A stretch of 63,998 nucleotides of DNA, counting the filler, from Pirum gemmata (lineage: Eukaryota): NCBI GenBank assembly GCA_002812295.1. It is 9 parts of 9 records of this genome, joined end to end, with 100 filler letters (N's around TTAATTAATTAA, not from the genome) between each part and the next. Parts side by side here need not be neighbours in the genome. Positions count along the whole stretch, not along the records: positions 36,530 to 43,698 come from PDIN01000172.1; positions 43,799 to 50,992 come from PDIN01000173.1; positions 51,093 to 58,323 come from PDIN01000174.1; 6 more parts are not named here. One strand, given 5' to 3'. The translations under genes and the position numbers were made by a program. Below the pieces are notes generated by a model. It was given only the letters and a program-made list of their open reading frames with translations. It searched no databases and was not told the origin of the DNA. Positions 39,352 through 51,357 of the stretch are shown one piece after another. How positions within the stretch are numbered: the stretch's first letter is position 1; the number at the start of each line of letters is the position of its first letter.

Positions 39352-39697
39352 CAGTGATGTCAGGTCCGACCTTCCTTCTTGTCCGTGTCCGTTCGGTTCG
39401 GCCCTTCGTCGGACATGTCCGGTCCGGGTCCGAGAAAAAAAAAGTCGGACCCCGAAAAAACTTTGCTTTCGGACCCCGAAAGTAACCAGACCCTAACCCT
39501 AGCTAGCCCTAACCCTAACCCTAACCCTAACCCTAAAACTCGGACAAGTTAATTAGTAAGTATTTTTGGATTTTTGCCCGAGTAAAATTTCGGGCCCGTC
39601 CGACCAGATGCCCGGGCGTCCGTAAAGTTTCTCGGACATGTCCGAAGCCGGACGAACATTGAAAAAGTGCTTTGTCCGACGGACCTTGACATCACTG
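39352..39697. mobile_element. Non-autonomous hAT-like element, 346 bp, 8-bp TSD AGTTATCG, internal CCCTAA tract
   Basis: TIR CAGTGATGTCA(A)GGTCCG; TSD 39344-39351 and 39698-39705; many GTCCG/CGGAC subterminal motifs. Confidence 0.9.
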
Positions 39698-39990
39698 AGT
39701 TATCGTGCCTTCCATTTATTTTGTTACTCCGAATATTTATTGAGAGGGTTATAATCTTTAAATTGATATTTTTAAATCAATACATAGATAATAAAATATA
39801 TCAAAAATTAAATTAAATGGATTTATATTGTATTAATTTGGAACTATTTATTGAATATTTTATGATGACAAAACAACTGAAAAGCACTGCAGTAGAATAC
39901 AGTAGACCCCTCTATGGGTCTAGCTAGCTAGTATCTACGATTGGTTTGGGTTTATCACGAGGGGTTTATCATGAATCATGATATCATGAT

Positions 39991-40174
39991 ATCGTGTTGT
40001 CCAGTTCAAAAACTAAAATAAACGTACCAAATTATTATTATGGTTAAACTATCAGGCATGCTTTAATTAATTTGGTATTTTATACTTAATTTTGTATTTT
40101 ATAAACAAGTTCAATTATACACGTAAACAGTACCAAATTAAAGATTGAGAGAACAACTGTGATGAAATAGACGA
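39991..40174 (+). mobile_element. Dispersed repeat family E (TA|TCGT termini); copies 34367-34527, 35010-35190 (reverse), 56213-56387 (reverse)
   Basis: Shared CGTACCAAATT..AAACTATCAG..AGTTCAATTATACAC..GTACCAAATTAAAGATTGAGAG..ATAGACG. Confidence 0.75.
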
Positions 40175-40694
40175 TAGTCAACAAAGCTTTTGAGTTTATC
40201 ACTGGGTTCCTCAGAACTTCCTCTAGACTACTAGCTAACTAGTATGATAGCTACTACAACTCTAGCTAGCTAGCTAGCTACTAGCTATCATAGTAGTAGT
40301 AGAGAGGTTGAGTACCAGTTATATGATATGATAGTCTATTTTATATATATAAAGCAGTTATATATAGCTAGCTACTAGCTAGTAGGTCAGCTAGCTATTG
40401 ATATGTAGTATCATATATGATAGTTACTACTAGACTATCGATAGTTAGTAGACTACTAGCTAGCTAGCTAGCTAGCTATCATAGACTACTAGCTAGTAGT
40501 AGCTAAAAGAGTAGCTGCGATGAACAATGATTAACAATGATAAATTGATAATAAATGAACAATTTTATATTGCTTTTTACTGCTTTATTGTTACAAGTTT
40601 TTTTCAAGTTGTGTTTCTCATTTACTATACCCTTTACAAATTGGCCAGTCAAGATGTTATTTTGGGTATCTTCAATTTTTCAATAATTAAAAGG

Positions 40695-40755
<61 letters not shown>

Positions 40756-42337
40756 AAAAAAAAACTGAAAGAAAAAAGTTTTATTTGGTAATTTTTTTGT
40801 ACTCATGGTTACAAGGTTATGAGACTTAATGTTATTAAATGACGCAAATTGTTATTTTAAAAGACCTATTTATTAATTTTTTAATTTAAGATGGTTTAAA
40901 AAGGACTATTTATATCTGCCAAAATACTTCTAAATAGTAGTAAAATAAACGAAGTTGAGGATAGGGTGTCATGACTGTCATCACAAGCCTGAGCAGATTT
41001 TTATGCATTATTGATGGGGGTTTTTCTTTTTTTTTCCTTTTTTGGTGTACGACTTTTTTGGTAGACTCTAGCTACCACTAGCTACCACGGTATTAGTTAG
41101 TAGCTAGCTAGCTAGTAGCTGAGAGGAAAAGTAGACAAGAACGAAGAAAGAAATCGACGAGTAGTGGGTCCAGTTGTTGCTCTTCTCATCAACACCATGA
41201 CGTAAACCTATATATGTGGTATTATTTGCATTTTTATGTAAAATAACGTAATAAATTTCGTAATAAAATATCATATATAAAAAAAACGTTTGCAAACGGA
41301 CTAACACTCCCTATTTAAACTTGTAATGTAAACAAATTTAATAAAAAGTAAAAAATGATTTATAAAAATTATTTTAATTACAAATGAATCAAACTATCGT
41401 ATAAATATATATGTATCGGATATATATATATTTCTTTCGAGTAACATAAAGAACGATTATTATCATTGCCATCACTATTCTCATTATCATTATCATTACT
41501 TATATATCTATTATTACTATTTTATTATTATCAATTAGTATAATATTATCATCATTATCATCATTATCAGTAATATTATATATAATTATACTTATAAACG
41601 TATACATATCATACAATTGTAATCGTAAATCATGTTGATTAAAATATGAGGTTGGTGAACGATTACTTTCATTATGCGTACCTAAAAATCAAAAAGGTGT
41701 TGTGTTTTGTTTTTGAACAGTAAGTATTAATAGTCTTCGAGTTTAAAAAATAACTAATCACTAAAACTGTCAATTTTTAAATAAATTGTAGTCTTGTTTG
41801 CTTCTATAAAATATTATATCTGCATTTATTTTACGAAGCCCATAATATTATATTAATAATCATGAGGGCTTGTTATACATATAATAAATATATAAATAGT
41901 TCATTCATTCATTTATTAATCAATTCATTTTTAAAAATTTAAATTAAGAAAATTTAATAGTAATAATATAATATAGTAATAATATAATATAGTAGTAATA
42001 TAATATAGTAATAATATAATATAATATAGTAATAATTAACAAATTAAATAAAATGGATTTATATTTAGTTTGGTACTACTTGTATATCATAATAGTTATC
42101 ATAATACAGTCTATATAGGAATCTAGCTACTCATAATATAGCTTGTTACTGTATTTTATTTAAAAGTTTATATGCAGGGTGAGAGTATTATTTACAACCA
42201 GTAGTACTCTATCAGTATCGATAAAAGACTAATTACGCCGATCCATAAATCTTGAGAAATCATAAAATCAGCCAAGTATTAATAAGAGCTTTTGAATCAG
42301 CCCAAGTAATTTTTGTAGATAGCCAGCACCTACTAGT

Positions 42338-42536
42338 ACTAGCTAGGTCTACTAGTTCTACTATCTGATAGTTAGTCTAGTAGCTAGTAGTAGGAACTGT
42401 AGTAGGTATAGATAGAGTAGAGCTTGTTTTATAATAGGCTACTACTAGCTAGCTAGGTCTACTAGTTCTACTATCTGATAGTTAGTCTAGCTAGTAGTAG
42501 GAACTGTAGTAGGTATAGATAGAGTAGAGCTTGTTT
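42338..42536. repeat. Local direct duplication of ~90 bp
   Basis: CTAGCTAGGTCTACTAGTTCTACTATCTGATAG..GAGTAGAGCTTGTTT present twice. Confidence 0.85.
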
Positions 42537-43872
42537 ATGGTAGAATCATATCGTATGATAACTATAGGAGGCTACAACTAGCTAGCTAGTTACTAGTAGT
42601 AGTACCCTAGCTAGTAGTAGTATGATACCAAACTGTACCCTAAAACTGTACCATCACATGATATTATTATGATAGTAGATAGTCTATCGTGCTTTTCAGT
42701 TGTTTTGTCATCATAAAATATACAATAAAGATTACCAAATTAATACAATATAAATCCATTTTATTTAATTTGGTATATTTTATAATCTAATTATTAATTT
42801 AAAAATATCAATTTAAATATTATAAAATCAACAAAATAAATATTCAGAGTGACAAAATAAATGAGAAGCACAATAATATATTATCATAATATTATTATCA
42901 TAACAATTTTATTGTTAGTAACCCCATTTATATATAACGGTCAATCTACAGTATAGCACCTATATAGCACTGGGAGGGAGGGGGACCTTCTCCCTAACCC
43001 CTAGCTAGCTAGCTAGACCTCTACTAGCTAGCTGCTAGTTGACTAGCTAGTCCCTAACACTGATAGATGATATGATAGATAGTGGTAGCCTAGTATGATA
43101 GTAATAGGTCTCAGTGATTCAAATTTCAAAATGGCCAAAAATTAAAAAGTGGATTATCTCAATAATCTCAATGACAAATCGCAGCGGAAAATCGATGCAA
43201 ACCAAAAATTTTAAACTGTGTGTAATCTCTAAAACACCTCTCAAAAGACATAATATAAAAAGCAAAAAAATATCGTTTTCTATTTTGTTTTTTTGTTTTC
43301 CCCTACTTTTTCCCTGTTGTTTCCCTCGTAATTAGTCTCTGGGAGACTAATTACAGAGATCACTGTAGCATAGCTAAGACTACTTACTATCACCCCCAGT
43401 ACGATTAGGGTTTGGGTACTGTTTGGGTCCAGGGTCTGGGTCAAGGGTCTATCTTATGATGTAGACTATTATAAAGCAATTTTATATAGCTGCAGTAGCT
43501 ATCATTAGCTAGTAGCTAGCTAGAGTAGCTAGCTCTAGGAGGAGTAGAGTCTGGCTCTGGATTATTTTTTTTTGTTTTTTTTTTGTTGTTGTTCTTTTGG
43601 TTTTTGTTTTTTTTTGTATTTTTTTTTTTCCTTTTTTTTTTTTTTTTTTTTTTTGATTTTACAGTCGGGTGATTTTTTTGTTTTTTTTTTTTTTTTTTNN
43701 NNNNNNNNNNNNNNNNNNNNNNNNNNNNNNNNNNNNNNNNNNTTAATTAATTAANNNNNNNNNNNNNNNNNNNNNNNNNNNNNNNNNNNNNNNNNNNNAA
43801 CATGACTTAAATATGCCTCAAACCTTTTAATTATATTTAGGGCATTACTAGGGATTAAAGACATTAAAAACC

Positions 43873-43935
<63 letters not shown>

Positions 43936-44158
43936 TCATTAGACCCAGAGCTTTAGACACTCTTTAGACACTTAAAATTTAATAGACCCTCTTTTTATTT
44001 TATTAAATATTTTTTATTTCATGTATAATAATTTTAATAATTTTAATACTTGCTTTCATATTATCATATGTCAATATATTATATACTTGTATTATTTATA
44101 TAATATACGTACATATTTAATATTAATAAATCACTAAATAACAACTTTAATAAAATAG

Positions 44159-45247
44159 ATATGGTTTAAATATAATATTCTTTTTCCCAACATGAACACA
44201 AATCCTAATTATGAAGAAATCAAAAGGTTGGTAATAGACATAAATGTTGAGTTAGAAAAAGCTAACTTTAAACATGCTGCCAAATCCCTGGTTGATATTT
44301 GGGATGGTGAAAAAATTGCTGGTTATAAAATTAATGCTAGCTTTTGTCCTATTCCAGATGATCAAGACAAGCACGAGAAAATGTTGCAAGAAGAATTTCC
44401 TGAGTTAAATGATTTTGAATGGAGAGCGAAACATGTAATTCAAAGCCATTATATGTTGCAAATCGTTAAGTGTAAAGATACAAGCTGTTGTAAAGAAATT
44501 CGTTGTAATAAATTATTTGACATTATACCCCAAGGTTTTATTCCCAGTCCTATCTGTATTAATTATGATGGAAAAGAAAGCTTACGCGATTTGAGAGTTG
44601 ATGGGCAAAAGGCCAACTACGATGACAAGTATATGACATTTTTCGAAAACGTGATTTTGCGTAGTAGCAAGGAGTATCAGGTTCAAAGCAAACTGGATTT
44701 TCAATGTGAAACTCTACCATTTGATTATCAATTGCCAAGTATGACATTAAGAACACTTCATAATAGAACTTGTGAAACTTGTGGTTACTACTCTACTTCA
44801 ATGGTGAATAAGGCTAAACATAAAGCTGCTTGTCATAGAATTAGTGGAAATGTAAGTACTGATGAGGTATTGGCTACAATTAACGAAACCGAAAAAGAAA
44901 CACTTACAGACTATTTCCATGATTTTGACTCTAGCCTTACAAGTGAAACTAAACTTGTTGCTATAAGAGAACGTAACCACAGAGATGATAGAGAAGTTTA
45001 TTGTACTTATGGTATGGCGTCTGCTTGGGTTCCTTTTCCGTTGGTGCCACCGAAATCGATGGACGATATGAGGAAAGTAATTAAAGAAAGAAGAAAGCAA
45101 AAGAAAGCCGATAGACTGAATAATGAAGCTACAAAGGATACTGCTGGATGTGAATCTATTCCTGATTTCGTTAACATTAACACTCTTGAAAACTTCTGGA
45201 CGTTGAATATGGACGTGCCCTTGGATCATTGGAGACCTTGGGAATAA
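44159..45247 (+). CDS. C-terminal part (probably last exon) of a Zator-like DNA transposase
   Basis: ELEKANFKHAAKSLVDIW, HVIQSHYMLQIVKCKDTSCC, FIPSP, PFDYQLPS, RTCETCGYYSTS..KHKAACH match my recollection of Zator transposase C-termini. Frame is open back to a TAG acceptor at 44156-44158; a TIR lies 340 bp downstream; DDE core absent from the contig. Confidence 0.72.
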   Translation: MWFKYNILFPNMNTNPNYEEIKRLVIDINVELEKANFKHAAKSLVDIWDGEKIAGYKINASFCPIPDDQDKHEKMLQEEFPELNDFEWRAKHVIQSHYMLQIVKCKDTSCCKEIRCNKLFDIIPQGFIPSPICINYDGKESLRDLRVDGQKANYDDKYMTFFENVILRSSKEYQVQSKLDFQCETLPFDYQLPSMTLRTLHNRTCETCGYYSTSMVNKAKHKAACHRISGNVSTDEVLATINETEKETLTDYFHDFDSSLTSETKLVAIRERNHRDDREVYCTYGMASAWVPFPLVPPKSMDDMRKVIKERRKQKKADRLNNEATKDTAGCESIPDFVNINTLENFWTLNMDVPLDHWRPWE

Positions 45248-45590
45248 CTTATTGGTTCGAGTTGTTCATTATTTATTGTAAAATATAAAGCAATTGATAT
45301 TGTATATATAAAAGGTATTTTGTTAAAAGAATACGATTGTGGATTTACGTTTTTAATATGACATATTGTTAAATACTTAAAGAAATGGCACAATAAAGCT
45401 AAAATAAACTTACATATGAATTTTTTGTTCTTTTACTTAGTTTTTTTCGTTTTTTTCGAGCTTTTTTGAGTATTATTAATAATTTAGGGTACTATTTTTT
45501 CTAAATCGTTACGTCACAAAGGGGGGGTGGTCCTTCTCAAAAGTGACAGATCGTTACGTCGGGGGGTGGGTAGGTTTTTGTCCCAAATCG

Positions 45591-45616
45591 GCGTTACGTA
45601 ATTATTGAACGCTCCC
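45591..45616 (-). mobile_element. Right terminal inverted repeat of the transposase-bearing element
   Basis: GCGTTACGTAATTATTGAACGCTCCC followed by TAA; subterminal TCGTTACGTC + G-run repeats at ~45506 and 45551. Confidence 0.85.
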
Positions 45617-47557
45617 TAACAATGTCTACTACTGTCTACTTCTACGATTGGAAATAACGATGGCATTAGTGCATTTTTTTTTTTTTTTTGGTGGCATGGA
45701 ATTAATGCAATTTTTATATGAGAATGCAATGGTCATTTGATTGTCATTTGGTTTTAGCTTGTTGTACTTTTCATATTATAATAATAACATAAATAATGAT
45801 AAGCAATTGTTTTGTTTTTTTGTTGTAGAAATATCGCTTTTTAACCTTTGTTCCTATAGCTAGTATTATAGCGTTGTAGTCATTGTTGTGGGTATTGTTG
45901 GAATTGTCGTCTATGCTTGACAAGTTTGTCTATGTTCACTCTATATATTATGTTCAAAGATATTTAGTTTGACTTCTGGTGGAAATTCTTGGAAACAGTA
46001 TTGACATTGAAAAGGTTGGGTTTTCGACGTCCACTGTCTTTTTGGTTTTCTTTGGGCCTATCTGCCAGGCCTATCTGCTACATACGATAACTAAGCTACT
46101 AGCTAGCTAGGCTCTAGCTAGACTACAAAAGGTCTATTTATCTGACTAGATTTATCCGATAGACTAGCTAGCTAGAATATAAATGATACGGAGAGGGGAC
46201 TATTAGACTAGACTAGGTTTTAATAATTTTAAAAGTAGTAGTAACTTACTACTAGCTAGCTAGTAAGTGGTACGATAGACCGTCTAGCTACTAGTAGCTA
46301 GCTAGTAGCTAGCTAGCTATTACTAGCTAGAGAACTAGAGCTAGCTAGCAGCACTCTAGTTGTCTAGTAGCTAGCAGCTGCGGTTTTTTACATCACATGA
46401 ATTTCCAAAAAAAACGTTATTATTGGCTGAGTTGTGCACATGATGAGAATTAAGGAGAATTAACCAATAATGTTCCTATGCACGATAACTTCGAACTTTA
46501 GCACAAATCAAACAGTGTCTGACACTGTCTGTCACCTGTGTGACTGTGTTAGGCTAGCTAGGTCCAATCTTGACTATCGATAATAGAGGTCTTTGCCCTC
46601 AGTTGCTCTACTCTACTAGTAGTCTCGACTTTTTAGAGGACCTTTTAGTTCTTTTAGCACAGCTGGAGTTTAGATATATCTATCATACCTAGCTAGCTAG
46701 CTAGCTAGCTAGTAGGTATATATTGGTATATGATATCAGATATACTGTATATCATCCGGATACAATGTGATCTCATCAAATACCCAGGAAATTTTTTTTT
46801 CATTCAAAAATTAAAATGTTATATAACTTATATATAGTCTTAGAAGTGATTGATTTCTCCTACTAGTTTTTTTTTTGAATGTGTGGTAGAGTGTGATAGA
46901 CTAATATCGATTGTCTGTATTTTTAAAATCTAATTAATTAATATTAATGTAATTTTAAATATCAAAAGTAACGTTATAAAGTCGTTATATAATCAGCTGT
47001 ATATAATATTATACCGGTATAATTAATAGCTTATAATTACTAAACTCGGTGACTAAAATAATATATAATAATACCGGTATTATGATATATAAAAGTTCCG
47101 GAAGACCCACATCTGGTTCCATTGTTCCGAAAGACCCAAATCTGGTTCCATATATAATATTTAATAATTATAACAACAGAATTAAACGATTCAGATATTG
47201 ATACCTTATTCTATGATAGTTGTGAGTTATGGTTACAGATTCATTAATTTTTGTTTGTTTAATTTTTGTTTCAATTTTCCTTTTTTTTCGCTTGATGTTG
47301 TTTATGTTTGTAATTTATGTTAGACCTAGCATATAGTCTATACTTATGTCAAGGACTTCAAATTTTGAAGTCCTTGCTTTAATATGTTTAAATTTGTTTA
47401 TTTATATAATATATATAATATACTGGTATCGATAATTAATATCGATATATGAAAGGTCTAGACTCTAGCTAGACTCTAGACTTTTCAGTTCCGGAGTCAA
47501 GATTCAGCTGAAGTTTCAGTTCCCCAAAAAGACCAGGGAGAAAATTTAATAGGAGGG

Positions 47558-47802
47558 AAAGACAGCTGGAAGACTGGAAAGACGTAGACTGTTCCTTTTA
47601 TCTTTCGAAAATCTCAACCACTATATTGTCTCAATATATAATATATTTACATTATAGGTGAAATATAAAAATGAAAGACAGCTGGAAGACTGGAAAGACG
47701 GAGACTGTTCCTTATCTTTCGAAAATCTCAAAATAGTGTGTTATAAACTATAGACCACTATATTGTCTCAATATATAATATATTTACATTATAGGTGAAA
47801 TA
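47558..47802. repeat. Direct duplication of ~105-130 bp
   Basis: GAAAGACAGCTGGAAGACTGGAAAGACG..TTTACATTATAGGTGAAATAT twice. Confidence 0.85.
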
Positions 47803-47928
47803 TTAATAATTAAAAATGTTAGAAAAAGTATGTGAAAACGAAGGGTTTGAGATAGAAGAGATGAAACAATAGTAGAAGAAAATACCTTTTATAATTTTTT
47901 TTTAAATTTTTGTAGTCTATTATTTGAA

Positions 47929-47969
<41 letters not shown>

Positions 47970-49137
47970 CTAGCTAGGCTTATCTACAGTAGTGTAATAT
48001 CAGCTGATAATACCTGATATATCCAGCTGGATATATCATAATATATTATTGAATAATATGATATAGCTACAGAGTCCAGACCTGGGCAGTATACAATGCC
48101 AGGCATCACAACACAAAAATACAAAAAGAAACAAAAAAAAAAATCCCAGGCGTTTTTTCCCTCAAGAAATATAGATCCATAGACTAGCTAGCTACCTAGC
48201 TAGAGTACTACCTAGAGTATAGTCTACCATAGTCTTCTTGCTGCCTTCATAGCTTCATAGACCCCCATAGGCCATAGAGTGTGGCATAGGAGATGATGGA
48301 CCCCATAGATTTTTCCCAGTAGGCTTTTGCTTTTTCCCCCTTTTTTTTTGCTAGGCGTTTTTTTGCTAGCTAGGCGTTTTTTCTCGCATTTTTTCCTAAG
48401 ATAAAACATCCTCTAGCTAGAAAACATCAGTACTAAAACACTACTAAAACAGTACTAAAACATCCTACTAGAAAACATCAGCGAGAAAAGCGAGAAAACA
48501 TCCTAGACAAAACATATATAGACTATATATAGACTATATATAGACTTAAAAAAGTATGTGTAGTAGCCTATCATAAATGGAGTAGACGGCAAAAAATGGC
48601 CAAAAAAAGACAAACAAAGTAGTTACTTCAAAAAAATTTGGAATTATAAATGTATAAATGGAAAAAAAAAAAAAAACGGCACCAGTACAATCCAGTTGGT
48701 ACACGCTAGCTAGTCTACCTAGCTAGAGTAGTTATGATAGACCTTGATAGTAGTTTTTGATAGTCTAGTTAGGCTACTAGCTAGACTAGCTAGCTAGCTA
48801 GTAGTGTCTAGCTATCAATAGCTAGCTAGCTAGCACTGTCTCTCTGGCTGGTGGCAAGCTACTAGCTAGCTACTAGCTAGTGTGATAGTAGTAGGTCTAC
48901 TGGTAGAGTTAAGCTCTAGTAGCTTCTTCCAGTAGCTAGTCCACTGTGATCAATACTTTTTTTTTGCCTACTAGCTAGAGCTTTTATACTATCATCTGCT
49001 ACAGCAGCTACAGTAGCTAGCTAGCTAGGGCTACTAGACTAATAATAGTCTAGCTAGCTAGCTAGAATAGTCTATCATACCTTTTTTTTATTTTTCACTA
49101 GATATTTTTCAAATTTGTTTTTCCTATGTCATAAGAC

Positions 49138-49179
49138 CAAGGACTTCAAAAAAAGAACCTTCTTTTTTTGAAGTCCTTG
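49138..49179. repeat. 42-bp perfect hairpin, CAAGGACTTC family; relatives at 47350-47376, 20267-20301, 20344-20357, 63040-63085
   Basis: 20-bp arms CAAGGACTTCAAAAAAAGAA / TTCTTTTTTTGAAGTCCTTG, 2-nt loop. Confidence 0.85.
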
Positions 49180-51357
49180 CATAGACTCATAGTTTGTTTT
49201 TCCTTGTTTTTCTCCAGTGTTTTTCTCAGCCTTGTTTTTTAGACTTTTTTTAGTTTTTTTGGCTAGTTTTTTTTTTTTTACATAGAGTAGCAGTTTGTAA
49301 GAATACAATAAATGATTGGTTATTAGAACATTCCTTTTTTCTCTTTTCACCAGTCTCTTTTCAATTATAGGATGATTTTTTTGATTTTGCATTTCCTTTT
49401 TTATAATCTAGAATTCAAGTTTCTACATTTTTTTTTCTGCCTAGCTTGTCTAGCTTGCTAGCTTCTAGCTAGAGCTAGCTACCTGTCGATACCACCCCAA
49501 AGATAGACTCTATAGCCTCGAGCTCAGTAGCCCAAGCAAGTGTAGCAGCAGCCTTAGTACTATGGTCATACTAGCTAGCTAGTAGAGACTGCTAGCTACT
49601 AGCTCCTAGCTAGCTAGCTAGAGACTACTAAGTAGCTAACGGAAATCCGCTTAGTAAATGGTATGATAAATAATAAATGAGGCCTCATGTTTTTACTATT
49701 TATTTTTATTATATTATGATATTAATAAAAATATGAGGTCTCATTTATATATTAATTATTATTGTTATTTAAAATTTTACTTTTATAATATCATTATATT
49801 ATCAATATGATTATAATATTTATGATAAAACCATGTAAGCCTGCTTATAGTATTATTGATATTGAATTTTACTTATAATGTATCATTTTATTATTGTGAT
49901 AATAATATTTATGATAACATCATTATACGTTATTAATATTATTATTATTACTATTATTTTATTATTATTGCTATTATTTTATTATTATTATTATTATTAT
50001 ATTTTTCTTTTGAACAAGAAAAAAAAAAAGAAGAAAGAAAAAAAAACTGTTGCTTTTGTTTGTTGTTTGTTTTGTTACTCTGCAATGGAAAGAATAGAGA
50101 AAATCAATATTTTTTAATTGTTAATATAATAATTATTATTATTAAAATTAACCATCTACAGCTACTACAGTACTAGTATATTTGATAATTATAAAAAAAT
50201 GTTTGTTTGTGGAAGTTTTGTAAGTTGTTTTGACTCTGTTTTGTTTTGTCACTTCGAGTGTGTGTCCAATTTCGTTTGTTACAAAATTTATAGATAATTA
50301 TTATTGATTAATTAAAAATAAATAAATACATACATAATATTATAATGTTGCTCTCTCTCTACAATAATATTATGATATCATATAATAGCTTATACTAGAT
50401 AGCTTATGTAATATTATATCCTGTATAGCTATCCTAGACTGAAATTACTTCAGCTGGTTTATTTTTATATTTATTACAATAAATATGATATCGATAAATA
50501 ATTAATATTACAGACAAAACCAACATTTTTGTTATGTTCACAGGGTCTACTACAGTTTCTACTACTCATCATAATATTATCATAGCTAGTAGTAGCTATG
50601 ATAGCTCCTCATTTTTTAGTAATTTTCCCACTCCGACATTCTGAGGAAAGGGTATTTTAAAAACACTTATTGAACACAGCTGGTGGACTGTTGAACAAAA
50701 TATTTTCTCTTTTTATAAAGAAGTTTTTTTTCTTTCTTTCTTTCTTTTTATCATTTTTTTTTAAAATCTTCTTTTTAGTCTATGAGACTGTCAGATGACC
50801 CTCATAGCCCTCATAGTCTATCACTAGTAGTCTAGACTTAGTCTAGTGACTCTAGTCTATCAAATAAATAATATGATAATTTATAATTTAGGTGTCTATT
50901 TTATTTTTATTCTAAATATCATCTAGTCTAGTCCCTTTTTTCTGCGACCCCCCCCCCCCCCCCCCCACCTTTTTTTTCTTGTTTTTTTGTTTNNNNNNNN
51001 NNNNNNNNNNNNNNNNNNNNNNNNNNNNNNNNNNNNTTAATTAATTAANNNNNNNNNNNNNNNNNNNNNNNNNNNNNNNNNNNNNNNNNNNNAATATAAA
51101 ATATATTATAATTATATATTATAATAATATTTATATTATATTATATAGAAAAAAAATAGTCTGACACTTCAAGGTTATTTTTCAAGGCTAGAAAATTTAA
51201 TGTAGTCCTTTTATCAGTAATTTGTAGTCTTTTTGAATGTTAATAATTAAATATTATATATTATTATCATAATAGTTCATAATCCACTTTACAAATTACA
51301 ATATTATTTCATTGCAAATTTATCTATTATCTAAAGTAGATCTAGCTAGATCTAATC

